64,000 bases of DNA, taken from Camelus ferus (taxonomy: Eukaryota). Location of the stretch: assembly GCF_009834535.1 (NCBI RefSeq), contig NC_045696.1:72604001-72668000 (forward strand), written 5' to 3'. This document shows positions 1-13,364 of this stretch, piece after piece; position 1 is the first letter of the stretch; each line of letters begins with the position of its first letter. Made by a program: the position numbers and the translations under genes. Under the pieces are notes generated by a model. That model searched no databases, was not told the origin of the DNA, and saw nothing but the letters and a program-made list of their open reading frames with translations.

Positions 1-441
1 TGTGGTGGAAGGTGGATATAGTAAAGGAAGTGGTGGGATATGAGCCTGGAGAGGTGGTTATGGTGGAATCTGAAGGGCTTGATATGTGAGGCTAAGAACT
101 TTGGATAATCCTAAAGTCGGCAGACAATGAATAGAAACTTGTTTTTCCCCTTTGCATGTTATCTTGTCTTGTTTTGGGCAGAGAAGAGCTTATTTTTTAG
201 GAACTTAACAGTGTCTGTGTGGAGGATGAACCAGAGCTGAGAAGAGTGGGTTAGACTGCGTTAGTTCAAGCTCCAGGGTGTGAAGGTCAGAGGCAATGCT
301 GTCTTCAAGAGACATAACTGGAAATTGGTAGGATTTGGTGCTGGCCAGGGCAGTAGAGAGAGGCAGGGATTGACCATAGATTTGTAACTTGAATTTCCAG
401 GAGGAATTTAAAAGCATCAGTCAAGATCAGGGTCATAACAC

Positions 442-600
442 GGGAGGGTATGCTCAGTGGTAGAGCAAATGCTTAGCATGCAAGAGGTCCGGGGTTTGAT
501 ATCCAGTACCTCCATTAAAAAATAAATAAATAAACCTAAGTACTACCCACCGCCAGGGGAAAAAAAACAAGAAGAGAAAAATAAATTTTTTTAAAAAAAA
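442..600 (+). mobile_element. tRNA-derived SINE, Vic-1-like (camelid)
   Basis: Head GGGAGGGTATGCTCAGTGGTAGAGC with an A-box (~451-462) and a degenerate B-box (GGTTTGATATCC, ~493-503). It is followed by AAATAAATAAATAAACCTAA, a C-rich stretch and an A-rich tail. The direct repeat AAGATCAGGGT at 423-433 and 599-609 is the likely TSD. Confidence 0.85.
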
Positions 601-2014
601 GATCAGGGTAAGGAAAAGAGAAGATGTGTGGAGAAGATAGCAGGTTGTCTTTTGGAAATATTAACTTGCGGGATGTGGAAGAGGTGATGTTTAACAGGCA
701 GCTGTTAATGTGGGTATAAAACTTAGAATATCAGTTTCAAGATGTCTTAAAAATGTAGAGGATAATTAAGGCTTTAATAGGATGGATGAGCTTATTCACA
801 GGAGAGCTTTAAGATTGAGGAGAGTAGTGCATCAAGGATGAGACCTCCTTGGGAAACATCAATATTTAAAGAGTAGGAAGAAGAGGATGAGTCAGTGTTA
901 TAGAGGAAGGAAATGAGAACAAACACCCAATACATAAGAAGGGCTCCTCTGTATATTTTTGAAAAAAGTGAATGGATGGATGAGTAAGAAAAGAGGACTT
1001 GTAGGCATTAGGAGAGGAAAGAAATTTGAAAGTAGGGATTCAATGCGATGGCCATGTGAGATGGAAGAGAAAGTTACAGATCTGATCTGCTCCTGTTGCA
1101 CTGTTTCCTGAATATATTTAAATCTATTAAATCTAGTGGCTCTACAGCTGGTAGAGTTAGACCTGAATATTTGCCCAAGTGGAAGTAATCAGAACGTGCC
1201 CAGGATATTCGAGGGGAAAGCCCATCGCTAAGAGCATGATGCGTCTGCACTGGGGAGCAGCCTCACTGTGTTACTGGGGACTTCTGGCCCTAGCTGTTTT
1301 CTGGCTGACATTCATACCAGGGGCTCCCACTGAGTCAGTGTATGGGGGGGAGCACTAAGGCAAGCCTTAACGTGAGTGCCCGGAAGGGGTTGCCATGGCA
1401 CACTCCCACCACCTTTGAAGAAGGGAGCGTTTGCTTGCTGGATGTCAGGCTTCTTGATTCTGAGAATTTCCTTCTCTTTTCGTTGGAGGAATAGCTGACA
1501 TTTTCTTCGTGCTCATGGCTGTAAATTGGAGACAACGAGGGGAAAAAAGGTTCGTAGGAAAAGAAAAAAAATCTTTTTACAGCATCTTTTTAGAAACCGT
1601 GACAATTGCATCTTGATAATTATTCATTTAGTTTCTGAGGTTTCAGGAGTTCAAATAGAGGGAGCATGATTCATAAAATTTAAATAGTAGCAGGTAAAGT
1701 CAGATCTGTGACAGGGAGCAGGAGGCTGTCAGGGTGCAATTAGAGATTTCTGGATCACGGGGCAGAGAAGGTGAAACTAATTAAAATGGCTACAACTTCA
1801 GGCCGTGGCCTTACTCAGAAGACTTAAAATGTTCTTGAAATTTTAGTTAACACATTTAAACGATGAACTCAGATGGTGCTGCAACTCACTCAGGTAAAAG
1901 TTGTCAGTAGGTCACAAAGTGGACGTTGGGCACAAGGACTTAGGAAAGCATGTGCCATATGACTCACAGAGGCAGAGCAGAAAATGACCTAATAGGTCTT
2001 TTCCAAATCATAGT

Positions 2015-2227
2015 TAACACTCACAGAGTCTACCAGGTGCTCTGAACTATTATAAGTGCTTTAGCTATTCATTTAATTCTTATAACAGCTCTGAGGTTGG
2101 TATCATTATTATCCTCATTTTGCAGGAGAGGACATTAAATACAGGAAGTTAGGGACTTATCTTTGTATACTGCTGGTAAATGGCATAACCAGGGACTCAA
2201 AACCTGGTTTTCTAGCTCCAGAGTCTA
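2015..2227 (-). mobile_element. MIR SINE, degenerate
   Basis: Reverse-complement MIR core (ATTATTATCCTCATTTTGCAGG...GGGACTCAAAACCTGG...CTCCAGAGTC). Boundaries approximate. Confidence 0.7.
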
Positions 2228-2329
2228 AATCCCCAGAAGTCTAAGGATGGTATGCATTATTTTATGATTAAAAATATGAGACATATCATGTGGGACAAAG
2301 TGCTTTGTAAACTATAAACACCATCACAA

Positions 2330-2470
2330 AAGAAGGAAGAAAGCATGGAGAAGAAGATGGGGGAGGAGGAGGAAAAATATTAAGATAAGAAAGGAGTAGA
2401 CGAGGAAGAGGTAGGAAAGAAAGAAGAGATGGAAGAGAAAATGGATGAATATAAAAAAGGAGATAAGAGG
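2330..2470 (+). repeat. GA-rich low-complexity tract
   Basis: Almost pure purine (GAA/GGA/AAG) run. It explains the Phe/Leu-rich minus-strand ORF at 2324-2572. Confidence 0.8.
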
Positions 2471-4196
2471 GTGGAGCCTTCTGTGTACCAACAACTTTGA
2501 GGTTAAGTCTCTCAGCCTCACATCTGGCTCTGCACTTATTGTCCAGTTAGATTTCCTATGGTGATTGTCCAATACATTCCTTCACTCCAGCCAGGATGAC
2601 CCGATGCCCCCCAAATCATTACTTGTGCCTCCTAATTCCTGCTTCCCTGAATGTGTTCTCCCCTCCCAGATTCCCTGTACATATGCCCATCATCTCTATC
2701 CTTCAAAACTACTCAAGTCTAGTTCAACCTGGCAAGCCTTTGCTGCCTACTCCATTTTTTAGAGAGTTTTGGACCACTGAGGACCACAGAATTTTAGAAT
2801 TTGACTACCTTTAGGTATCTTCTGGTTCAAATTGGTCATTTTACAAAGGAGGCAAACTGAAGCCCGTAAAAGATAAATAGTTTGTCCAGGGTCACTAGCT
2901 ATCTGTGACGGTGCCGGCAGCCACGCAGGTCTCCTTTTACTGCACGTTGCTGCCCTGCGTTCATAAATGATTGTACTTGTTTTCTCTCTCTAACTGGACT
3001 GTCACACTCACAAACCAGGACCTGGTCTTCCTTGACTTTTGTGTTATCTGCTTTACATAGCACAAAGTTGCACGTAGTAGGTGCCCAGCAAGTGATTTTA
3101 ACTGATTAAGAACTAATGCATATTCTCATTGGATAGTAAAAAACTGCTTATAAATAGTAAAGACAGTTAAGAAGTGACCATAAGCTCTGCTCTAATGTAC
3201 AATAAATATTTTCCGTAGCATTTACCTAAGAGCAGTTACAACTCATACATATTAGAGATGTCTTCAATTTTTAAAAATAAATGTGTCTTTTAATAATAAT
3301 TAAACCAATACATCCTCATTAGCCCTTTTCATGTTCTGTTACGCAAACAGGATACTTGTCTCTTTCTCGGGGCAGTAAGAAACTTACCTAGTGACACAAT
3401 ATATAAATTTTCCTTTCTTAAGTTTCTCCACAAATGGTAAATAGAGCAGAAGAGCATCTTAAACGATGCCAACAAAGGCCTCATTAAACACTTGCTGGCA
3501 ATTGATCAAGATTGATGTGTGGGTATATTCACTGGACAAAGTGCATGGAAAGCTCTTACTTATTAAACATAAAAAATTACAAGGAAATAAATTGGTTCAT
3601 TACCTTTAATTGGAGCATCTGCAATTGACCACATTATCAGGATCAAATAGGACAACAGATATTAACCTTGAACAAATATTGCTTTATACTATACGTTTAT
3701 CAATTATCCCAATAGTAGTATTAATAACCAGTAATAATCACACTCTTAAAAGCATTACTAATAGTGTTGTGAAGCTAGAAATCCCAAGAGGCAGGAGAAT
3801 GAGTGACAGACCACACAGATATCAAGAGATAAGAGAAAGTCCTCTAGTTCTAATGGAAACGTGTATGCTGAAAGCTTTCCAAAAGGGAGGCAAAAAGAGA
3901 AATAGGAGAAACCAACAGATATTACGTCACTATTCTGTGCTATGCTCTGTGCTGTGTCACAAACATGGCCTGTTTAATCCTCACCAACCACCTTACAGTA
4001 GATATTTTCAACCCTGTTCTCCAAGTGAGGATACTAACATTTCAAGAGGTGAAATTGTCTGTTGTTTGTAAATGGCGAGCCTGGATTCAAACCCAGATCT
4101 GTATGGCTTCAGATATCATGGTGGACCTTACTGGTGTCCCACACAACATCCATTGCCACTCGTCTTTGTTCACAAGACAGAGGTATTGAGCAGCTC

Positions 4197-4611
4197 TGTG
4201 TTTCCGTGGTACCTGGCCTTAGCAGTTCCACATCATAAATCTTGCCTAGTCTAGTGACCTCTTGCCAGTGATCGATTTATGACTGACAATGATCCACTCC
4301 TGGTCAACGGAACTTGGGGACCTGTCTGCTCTGGGGGCTTCTGGGAAGATTCTTCTCATTCTCAAAACTGGGCCCACTCTTTGGCCTTGGGATACTATTA
4401 TCACCTGCAATCGGGAGGGATATAATTGCCCTGCTGACATTAAGAGGGAGAAAAGATGGGAAGTACCTGGGTCTGTGATCATGCATTTGAATTGCTGAAT
4501 TCACTGGCTTAAGACTGCCCTAGCTCCAGCCTTGTTATGTGGAACCATACGTTTTCTTTTTTTGCTTAGGCTACTTTTAATTTTGCAGCCCAAAACATCT
4601 TCCCAGATACA
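4197..4611 (+). mobile_element. Ancient ERVL-class solo LTR (LTR16/LTR33-like)
   Basis: Contains GGGGCTTCTGGGAAG, GAAAAGATGGGAAGTACCTGGGTCTGTGAT and a terminus TTGCAGCCCAAAACATCTTCCCAGATACA typical of this LTR class. The 5' boundary is uncertain. Confidence 0.55.
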
Positions 4612-7600
4612 AATTCCATTTCCTTTCAACAAAACTGAGATTGAATTAGAAAGGAAACAAAACACTGCTGCCTGAGAGAGTTTATAGGCAACCTGAAATT
4701 GTCCAGGGCATGTGAGGAAACAAGGATCTCAAGGAAAATAGAGGGCAATCAGACAGGAGAGTGATGAGTGTGTTTGCAGTGACTGTGCTGGGCCAAAGGC
4801 TTATACCTACTATAGGTTTCACCTCTAATGACACCTTTCTTCTGAGAAGCTTAAGGGACTTAGGGCAGAGGGAGCCCTTTGTTTTGGGTAGCTTCTGATG
4901 AATGAATTCTCTGTGGTCCTTTAGCTCTCCTCACAGAAGGTAGCATCGTTTTGGAAGGGGTCCAACCTTGCTGAAAGGAGTAAAAATTGGCCAAGTCGGA
5001 AACATGTCTTACCATCCCTTCCTGTATGTATGTTTCGTGGTCTGTGTGCATTACCCAGATCATAGAGGAAATAAAATTACCATTATTTAGAATTGGTTCC
5101 TTGAAAACCAGTCTTGTGGGGTCCTGACTGGTCCAGGTTATTGCAGCTCTTTCAAGTAAGGTGGGTACTCCCGGCACCGCTATGGAGGTGCTCTTGGCAT
5201 ACTCACAGAAAAAAGGGAGAAACATCAGTGCTGCTTTGCTTTATAGATCTTTAAGGTTGTAAACCAAAGCAGAATTCCTGAGAAATAAGAATACATATAA
5301 ACATAAACACAGTTATATATAAACAAAGCAAGAGGACCAGGTGAAAAAAAATCCATGATTGCAGTATGGAATTAATGGGAAAGAATAGAGACCACATGGC
5401 CATTTAAACCTGGGTACAAATCCTGGCTCTGCCATTGTGTAGCTCTGTGACCTTCGGTCGTTTATCCAGACCTTCTCACTTTCCATTCTCTCGTCTGTTT
5501 GTTGGCGGTAACGGTCCTGATGTCCCAGGAGGGCTCTAAGGTTTGGAGCTGTCAGTAGCTTACTTCCTGAACACTCATACAGTACTTACTACCCTAACGC
5601 TTGACAGGATATTTCAGTTAATTCTCACAACCTTAGGAGTTAGATATTTTCTTCCTTCACTCATTTTGCAAATGTGGAAATTGAGGCCTAGAAAAGGACA
5701 AAGAATTTTCTGAAAGTCATACAACTAGCAAGATGGAGAGAGGAGGAGTGGAAAGCAGGGTGACTGACTCCATTCCTCCAGGCACCGATCGGGCCCTGTG
5801 GATACAGAGTTAAATGTCCTCCCAACTCAGGCTCTCCTTTTGTAACCCATCCCAGGATCTCTTCTTTCCCGAGGCTCATCCCCTGCCTCACTTGAAGGAT
5901 TGCTGAGCACTGACTGGGTCTAGTCATCACTCACTCACTTGTTCCCGCCAGAATTTTTCCTTTATAATTTGGCCCCAAACTAAAGTTAATACTATTGAGT
6001 AAACTTTTGCATCCAAATTTAAGCCTCCTTTGATTTTAAAGGGTTTTCTTCTTTCTGGTAAGATCATCTGTTGTTTTAAGAACTAGTGTTGAAGTCTCTA
6101 ATTGGAGAAGCCACTGAGACAAAAGCCTCTGCCAAAAGCAAAATTGTCCAATTAGAGGTCATCAATGTGCTGAGATGGGTGTGCCTTTCTTTTGCTTTCT
6201 GGGTGGCCCACACACACCCCTGCCACTTCACAGACTTAACCCATCTTATTCCTTTCTCTCCTGCTTCCATCAGCAGTTAGTGGCCTGGAGCCATTTGCTA
6301 CCATTACTCACCCACCCCCATCCCACCCAAAACTTGATACATTCTAACCAGCAGCCTTTGTGGCTGCTCACTTGAGCTGAATCAGCCTGAGAGAAGCCAA
6401 AAGTATGATGACTTGCTCCATTCAGCCCAGTGATGCCACAGGAAGCAAGAAAGTGCTGCTTAGAGCAACCAGCTACCTACAGGCGCTTGGCTATGTCCTT
6501 CCCTGGGTGGTTGTAAACAGGGTGGGACTTCTTGGCCCGGAATGAACTGTGGAGAATCTGCCTGGAGACCAAGATGAGGTCTGGGTGGTATCTAGACATC
6601 TCTTTTAGCTGTTTTATAGGGCCAGGTTTAAGAGGATTGACCCCAGGGAATTCCTTCCCTCCAGCTTACCTTATGAGCTGCCCCAGTCAGCCGCAAATCC
6701 ACTCGGGGCAAAGATTCCCACACTGAAGGCTAATCATGCCTTCATCAGAATTTATATGATTTGCTGGTTCTGCAGAATCCTCTTTCTGACCGACCACACA
6801 TTTACAATGTGCTGTTCCTGGACACAGTCTGCATGCCCTGAGCTGTGTCAAGCATTATTAACATCTACAAGCTTTGCTCAAGATTGGTATTTTACATCAT
6901 CAGGGCCGTGTAGTTTTTCCTTTCCTTCACTCCTTCCAAATTGATATCTTTTACTTCAGCCTCTCAATTTCCCTTCATCCCCTACTCCCATCCTTCCTTC
7001 CTGCCGTGCATTTGTTTGTCCTACTCATGCAACCACTGCTTGTTTCCACTGCTGTCCCACTTGGTATTTAAAGATAACCTGACATCAGAATAGAGTTTCT
7101 TTGGGTCCTGGGCATGACTGTGGGTCCTGGTTTCCTCTGATGGTCCATTCCCATGTCAGTTACAGAACAGAGGCCTACAAGTCCTCCAGGTAAGACTAAT
7201 TTCTAGGTAAATGGGCACAACCCAGGGAGTCCCAGAAATCGTGACACACAGCTTGGGGTGGGTCTCAATGTATGACCCAGCTTAATATTGCTTTCTCTGG
7301 GAAGTCTTCTCTAAACCCCAAGTCTGAATTCCAGGCTGGCTTAAAAAAAATAAAAAACAAAAAAACCCTCCTTTGCCCTCCTGTGGCACCTTTTGTATTG
7401 CTATTACCATTACTTGTCTGTCTCTCCAAAGAGACAGTGAGATCCTTATGGGCAAAATCTGGATACCAAACATTTCTATGTCCCAAGTGGCTAGCACATT
7501 GTCTAGCAAATTAATAAGTGTCCAGCCCAATAAAATGTTTGCTGACTCAAGAAATGAATGAGGTGGACCTGTGAATTCTCTTTGGAAAATGCCAGTATAG

Positions 7601-9930
7601 ATCTGACTTCACTTTCTTTGTGGGAAGAAATGCCCAGACTGTATCAATACATAATTGATAAAAATGATGGACAAAGAACATTACAAAAATAAGTGATATA
7701 GAATTAATTAACTTAAAATACCCCAAGGTGCTTTCACTTAGAAATTGTTAAAGGTATACATACCCAGTAGAACATCAAACAAGAAATAACAGGGTTTATT
7801 TTTTGTTTATTTGTTTTTAGCAAAGGCCATTAGATAGATGTACTGGTATCACTTGCTGTGGTCTCAAGTTCTGGTTTAAAGGTGTTCTTAAAGGTATGCA
7901 TATAAAGATGTGCTTAAACTACATCCCCAGACTGTCTTATCTCCTTAATTCCTGCTTCCTGGTCCTGTGTGCTTCCCTTTCTTGGAGTCAGCTGTCATCT
8001 TCACCTTTTCAGTCCTCTGCACTCATTCTTCTACCTTTCAGCTTTGCCTGCCTTCTTCCATAATCTCTTTTGCAAAAGGTGCCTCTGGAGGAGTTAATGA
8101 TAGGGATGCCTCTTACAGATCAACCAGCAAATGCCCCAAGCATCTTTACACATCTATCCATTTCTAACAAGCAGCCATATGTAAGTGTTTTTCTCAACTT
8201 AATGGATGATATGTTGCCCTTTCCCTAAGAACAGTCTTGGAATTTGCTGCAGGAAAATTCATAGGTTACTTTTAGGAGCTTTGTAATGGACTTCTACCAA
8301 TTGACAACATCTTACCTTGGTTTCCTTGAGAGGAAACAATCATGCACATAGACATACAAGCAAAATTGGCTTTCTGATGCCAAGATGGCAAAAATCATAG
8401 TCCCTGGTATTGATTTGTGAAAGGGAAAAGGCATCATGATGAAAGTTTCTAATTTGTTAGCATTGCTTAAAAATAGTTGACAAATTAATGAGATTGTTTC
8501 AGTGTATAAGCAACAGATTTTACATGAATACTTGCTTGAGCTGAACTCACCTTGCCAGTCACTCAGCTCCCTGGCAGTTAACAAAAAGGTTTTAAGATAG
8601 AAACTGAACTATTTAGCCTTCATTAATCATTCATACTGTTCAAACACATCATCCAGTAACTGAAGAGGGGTTAATGGTAGCTAAGCTTGAGTCTGTTGTC
8701 AAAAGTAGGTTTAACTTTCTATGAACTCACTGGACACAAAGAATGCTGCCTGCTTACTATTCCAAATGTCACCAGCCAGGAGCAAACGGATGACTACTAA
8801 TGGTAATTAAATACCTCTGAGGCCATTTGTACCAATAACAAAGAGTTACTGTCAGAACTTGAATGAGGTCCATCTGCCCATTTTAAAAGAATGTTAACAT
8901 TATATAAGTGATAAAGCAGACAGCAACAACTAAATAAGTAGACAAACAAATAAGTTTGGTGATAATAGTTCTCTAGATGAACACTTGATTTCTTTGGTCT
9001 TTCCTTTGCAAACAAAAGATTAATGAAAATGTTCCGTAGTCCTTAGTTGTTTCAATCCCACTTTGGCCCATGAAGTAATTAGAAGAAGGTTTTTAGTAAA
9101 GGTTCTTCCATCTGTATTTCCCAAGCTGTGAAAAAACGTTTGATATTTAAGTTTTTTTCTTTCTGCCTTGCACACTTCCTAGATTCAGTTTCTACTACTG
9201 ACTATTTAATTTCACATGTTCTCATCTCTTTAAGGGAAGGGGGGAAAAAACAGTGGATTTGTCTGCTTTCTGTCTTCATAGCACAGAACAGTTGTTACTT
9301 CTTGCACAGATGGATTGACAGCCCAGGGTCTTTCTTTGGTGGGCTCATCTATTCAGTTGCCCCTGAGGCCCCGGCAAGGGGCTGTCTGACTTCTGCTGGA
9401 CGTCCACCGTGGTTTCCTCTGCATCTTCATCTTTTTTCTACTGTGACGAGACAAAATATGAAAAGATATTGCATGAAAGAACCAAAGGGTGAAGAATATC
9501 TAAATGCTTTTGAAATGCACCTAAAATCCTAGAGCAGCCAGAATAAAAGTGCACAGAGGGTTCTGAGAAGAAGCTAATGCATTCATCAAGCCTTTGGAAA
9601 GGCAGTTTCTTGTAAAGATATGGACTTCATTAAATCAGTCAAAGGGTCTTTAATAGCTCTCTTTTGCCAGGAGGTAGAAGTACTTGTATGTCTGGTGGCT
9701 CAGTTCTAGTGAGAAGAGAAAGTGGCAGGTGAAGAAGAGGAATAGTAAGGGCATTAGTAGCAATTGTGTAGTGGGGGTAAATGCGGAGAGAGAACTTAGA
9801 CATTTGTCTCTGACCTTACATGAGGCTGAAAGCAGTGCTAGAGAAGGAATAACAAAACAGCATCTTGGAGACACAGAGATCAAAGCAAAGGGGAAAAAAA
9901 AATGGGTGTATAAAATCTAAAACGGCAGCC

Positions 9931-10440
9931 TGTATCAATTAGGTCTTTTTATGTTCCAAATAACAGAAAACTTAAACCATTTAAAACAATGGGAGAATTT
10001 ATTGACTTTCGTAACTGGGAAGACTAGAGGTAGAGCAGGCTTCAAGATTGGTTTGCTCTAGCTAAGAAATACCCCTGAAGAACTCTGTCTCTTTGCTCTG
10101 CCTTTTGTTCACAGTGTCAGTTTTGCCTTAAGCCTGATTTCACACGTGGTTGCAAGATGGCTGCCTGCAGCTCCTGGGATTGCATTCTTTCTCAAAGATG
10201 TCCAGAAAGAAAGAGAGGTAGAAGTGTCTTTCTCCCAACAAAACAAAAAGTCCTGGATTTCACACTGAGAGAATCAGTTTTGTGTGTGATGGGAATGGCC
10301 TCAAACTGATTAGCATCCAGTGCTTACATCTGGAATTGGGGGTAAGGGTTCAATGACTCTCAAACTGCAAAATGGTAGTGGTGGTGGAGAGAAGAGCAAT
10401 GGAACAGACGTGACAAGGCAGCTCACAGCGTATGCCACAA
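9931..10440 (-). mobile_element. Ancient ERVL-MaLR LTR (MLT1J/K/L-like)
   Basis: Starts TGTATCAATTAGG...TAACAGAAAAC...GAATTTATTGAC...GTAACTGGGAAGACTAGAGGTAGAGCAGGCTTCA and later has GGTTGCAAGATGGCTGCCTGCAGCTCC. The distal boundary is approximate. Confidence 0.65.
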
Positions 10441-10537
10441 CTCAAGCATATCAGTTCTGCGTGGTTCTGGAGAAAAGAGACGTTCCAGCAAGTAAATGTT
10501 TTCCCTGCTTCCTTAATAGATTATCTTAGAAGAACTT

Positions 10538-10708
10538 ACAATATTTCTCAAAATGTAGTTCATGGACCAAAATAATAAGCGTTGCTTAAATGCAGATTCC
10601 TGGGCTCTTCCCAAGACCTTCTGAATCATGATCTCTGTGAGTAGCAGCTGGGAATTTGCATTTTTAGTAAGCTGGTTAGTTTTTATGCCCATTAAAGTAT
10701 GGAAATTT
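10538..10708. mobile_element. MER5-like hAT-Charlie non-autonomous DNA transposon
   Basis: TTTCTCAAAATGTAG...TTAAATGCAGATTCCTGGGC...AGACCTTCTGAATCA...GGAATTTGCATTTTTA. Confidence 0.7.
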
Positions 10709-11571
10709 CATAGAAACTTGCTCAAAGGTAAAGGTATCAAGAGACTGTCTTCTTGCTTTAGGAAGATTTGATAAAAATTTCTTATAGTTCCTTTGCCAAC
10801 TGTCTTGAACAAAAGTAGATACCAAAAGTTGCCACCCTAGTAACATCTCGTTAACATGTAAATTTTATCTTAGTAAAATGTAAAAATCTTTTATTACACC
10901 TATCTATAAAATGTTTTATTTAATATATTTTATGGGGAGATACGTCTAGTTCTTTGACATTATGCAGAGCAAAAAAAACTTTTTTTTTCATTTTTCTCTT
11001 GTTAAGGGAATTAAACACATACACTTAAATCACCTTAACTTCCTTTGGATCCAGTGATACTTATAAAGTCATACTTATAAACATCAATGAGAGATGGTTC
11101 TCTGCTACATTTGGAAAATGGGCAAGTAATTTCTAACTTTACTTGGCTTCTTTTTGTCAAGTAGAAATTCATCTTCTCCTGCTGAGAAAGATGAAAAGAA
11201 GAATGAGGTTTTGTCCTGTGGCTGACCAATGAGTTACAGATGAAACTTTCCTTCACAAAATTGGTTGATTTTGATTAATTTTTTCCTTATATACTGAGAT
11301 AGGTAAATAGCATTATCTTTGTTATTATCATATATTATCCTTGTAGTGATAGTATGTCTCAAATTATGAAGAACTTGAGTGAGTTTTCTAATGGGTTGTA
11401 TTTTAGGAATAAAATTTCTACATGAATTATGTGCACATATTTTAAACTTGTTTGTTCACTTAAAAATATTATTGTGTATCTAATATATACTAGACTACTG
11501 TGCTAAATGTTGAGGATACAGTCATCAGTGAAACATGTGGTACCTTCTCTCATGGAGTTCAGAGTCTAATT

Positions 11572-11728
11572 CTGTGCTGTCCAATATGGTAGCCATGAGT
11601 CCCATATGACTACTTATATTTAAATTTAAATTTAATGAAATTGGAATTTAGTTATTCAGTGGTATTAGTCACATTTCAAATGCTTTGCAGCCACTTGTAG
11701 CTAGTGACTATTGTGTTGGACACCACAT
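11572..11728. mobile_element. MER3/MER33-like hAT-Charlie element
   Basis: Imperfect terminal inverted repeats GTGCTGTCCAATATGGTAGCCA ... TAGTGACTATTGTGTTGGACACCAC around an AT-rich core containing AGTCACATTTCAAATGCT. Confidence 0.75.
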
Positions 11729-11744
11729 TGTACAACACTAGAAG

Positions 11745-11972
11745 CAGAATCAAACAAATTCCCTTTCAAATCATGGTTCCAACACTTAATAGTTGTATGA
11801 TCTTGGAAAAATTAATTTCTCTGAACTTCAATTTCCTGATTTTCAAAATAGGGATATAATAGCTATGCACAACATTATAGTGAAGATTACATGAGATAAT
11901 GTTGGGATAAAAATTAGATGAGATAAAGGCTTTTAGATGAGTTTTTAGTGTATGGTAAACACTCAGTAATTC
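11745..11972 (+). mobile_element. MIR SINE, degenerate
   Basis: TTCAAATCATGGTTCCAACACTTAATAGTTGTATGATCTTGG...GTGAAGATTACATGAGATAATG...TATGGTAAACACTCAGTAA. Confidence 0.65.
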
Positions 11973-13364
11973 TGGATCATCATCTTCATCTTCAGCACTG
12001 AACATTCTGTTGACCATAGAAGCATTTTATGCTGCTGCTGCTCTAATTTCCATTCAGCAGATGCGAGATGGACAGAAGATGGGTCTCGTATGTGGTCCCC
12101 TTGTCATTCGACTCCATTCTAGAGTTGTCCAGTGAGGTGCTTTTAGATCTCTTGTGCTTGTTTACTTGAACTGTGAACTACACAAGTTCACAAATCACCT
12201 TTCTCAATATACTAGACTACTTCTAAGTATGAGACAGTTTTGAGAACCACCTAACTCTTTCTTTTATTGTCAAACAATAAACCAAGGGACATATCAATAT
12301 TGTAGCTTTTAAAAAATGATATTGTAGTAAGTGAGCACAACTAATGGGATGAATTTATTAACATTATCATAGTCAGAGTTACCTGCTAGTGCAGGTTAGC
12401 AAACAGTTTTTATCTCCAAGGCCAACTGCAACCAATTGGTAATAGCTTCCTATAGAGCTTTTGAGAAGTATTACAAGGCCTATCAGAACACAACAAGAAA
12501 CAACTCTGTGATCAATTAGTGATGCCTGTCAAAGGCACAGGAATTAGGCAGGATTGGTGTATATTTACATGTTTATCAACCTTTTTTAAAGGACAAATTG
12601 ATTACAGAAACAAGTGGGTTTTTTGTTTTTGGCTTCTATTGATAATTGTAGCCATCTTCAGTAGATTAAAGTTTACCTGTCTGAAGTCTAAAATCACCTC
12701 AAGCCTATTTTATTTTAGATTTAATCCCATGAGCCATTGGCTTCACCATCTGTAAATGAGTCTAAGATATAAAAGTTGGTATTACTTGAAGGCAAGGAGC
12801 AGAGAGAGTGTTTCTCATTCCACCCTGGCACACCTACCCCATGAGGTTAACCCTAACCCTAACGCCTTCCTCTTAGCCCCTCCCTGTCACGCTATGATGA
12901 CGTGTTTCTGCTTCCAGTTTCCTGTCTTTCCTTAGTTACTTCCGGTTGATGCAATTGTGCCCCCCCCCCTTTCCATGTACAGGTGATGCCAAAGGAGCTA
13001 ACCAGATTGAGGGAAGATGGACGTTCCATGGTCCATTAGTTAGATCAGATAACTTTTGAGATACGCAATGTATGCTATTACTTAGCTCCCAAATGAGAAT
13101 TGGGAGGAAACAAAGACATAAAATTTTTTCCAAAGTACAGTTACTCTGTGTTATTCCCCACTCAGGAGCCCACGGTGACTCCCTATTGCTAATAAGCATC
13201 TCTTTTTAACTTCTAAGATATTCTGTAAGCCCACTCCACATCCTGTGTCTCTAGACTTAATTTTTATAACTCACCAACAATAACAGTCCACTTCACAGCA
13301 TCCCAAAGCCACACAGTGCCCAGCTTATTTTTCTTTATAATAGGTCCATGTTTGTTGGTTGATC

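Noticed and set aside
442..512. tRNA-like sequence
   Set aside because: It is the SINE head (degenerate B-box, SINE body, A tail, TSD), not a functional tRNA gene.
3610..4071. 153-aa plus-strand ORF
   Set aside because: Non-ATG start, runs into a MIR remnant and has no recognisable homology.
12848..12863. Telomere-like TAACCCTAACCCTAAC
   Set aside because: Fewer than three units, too short to call an interstitial telomeric site.
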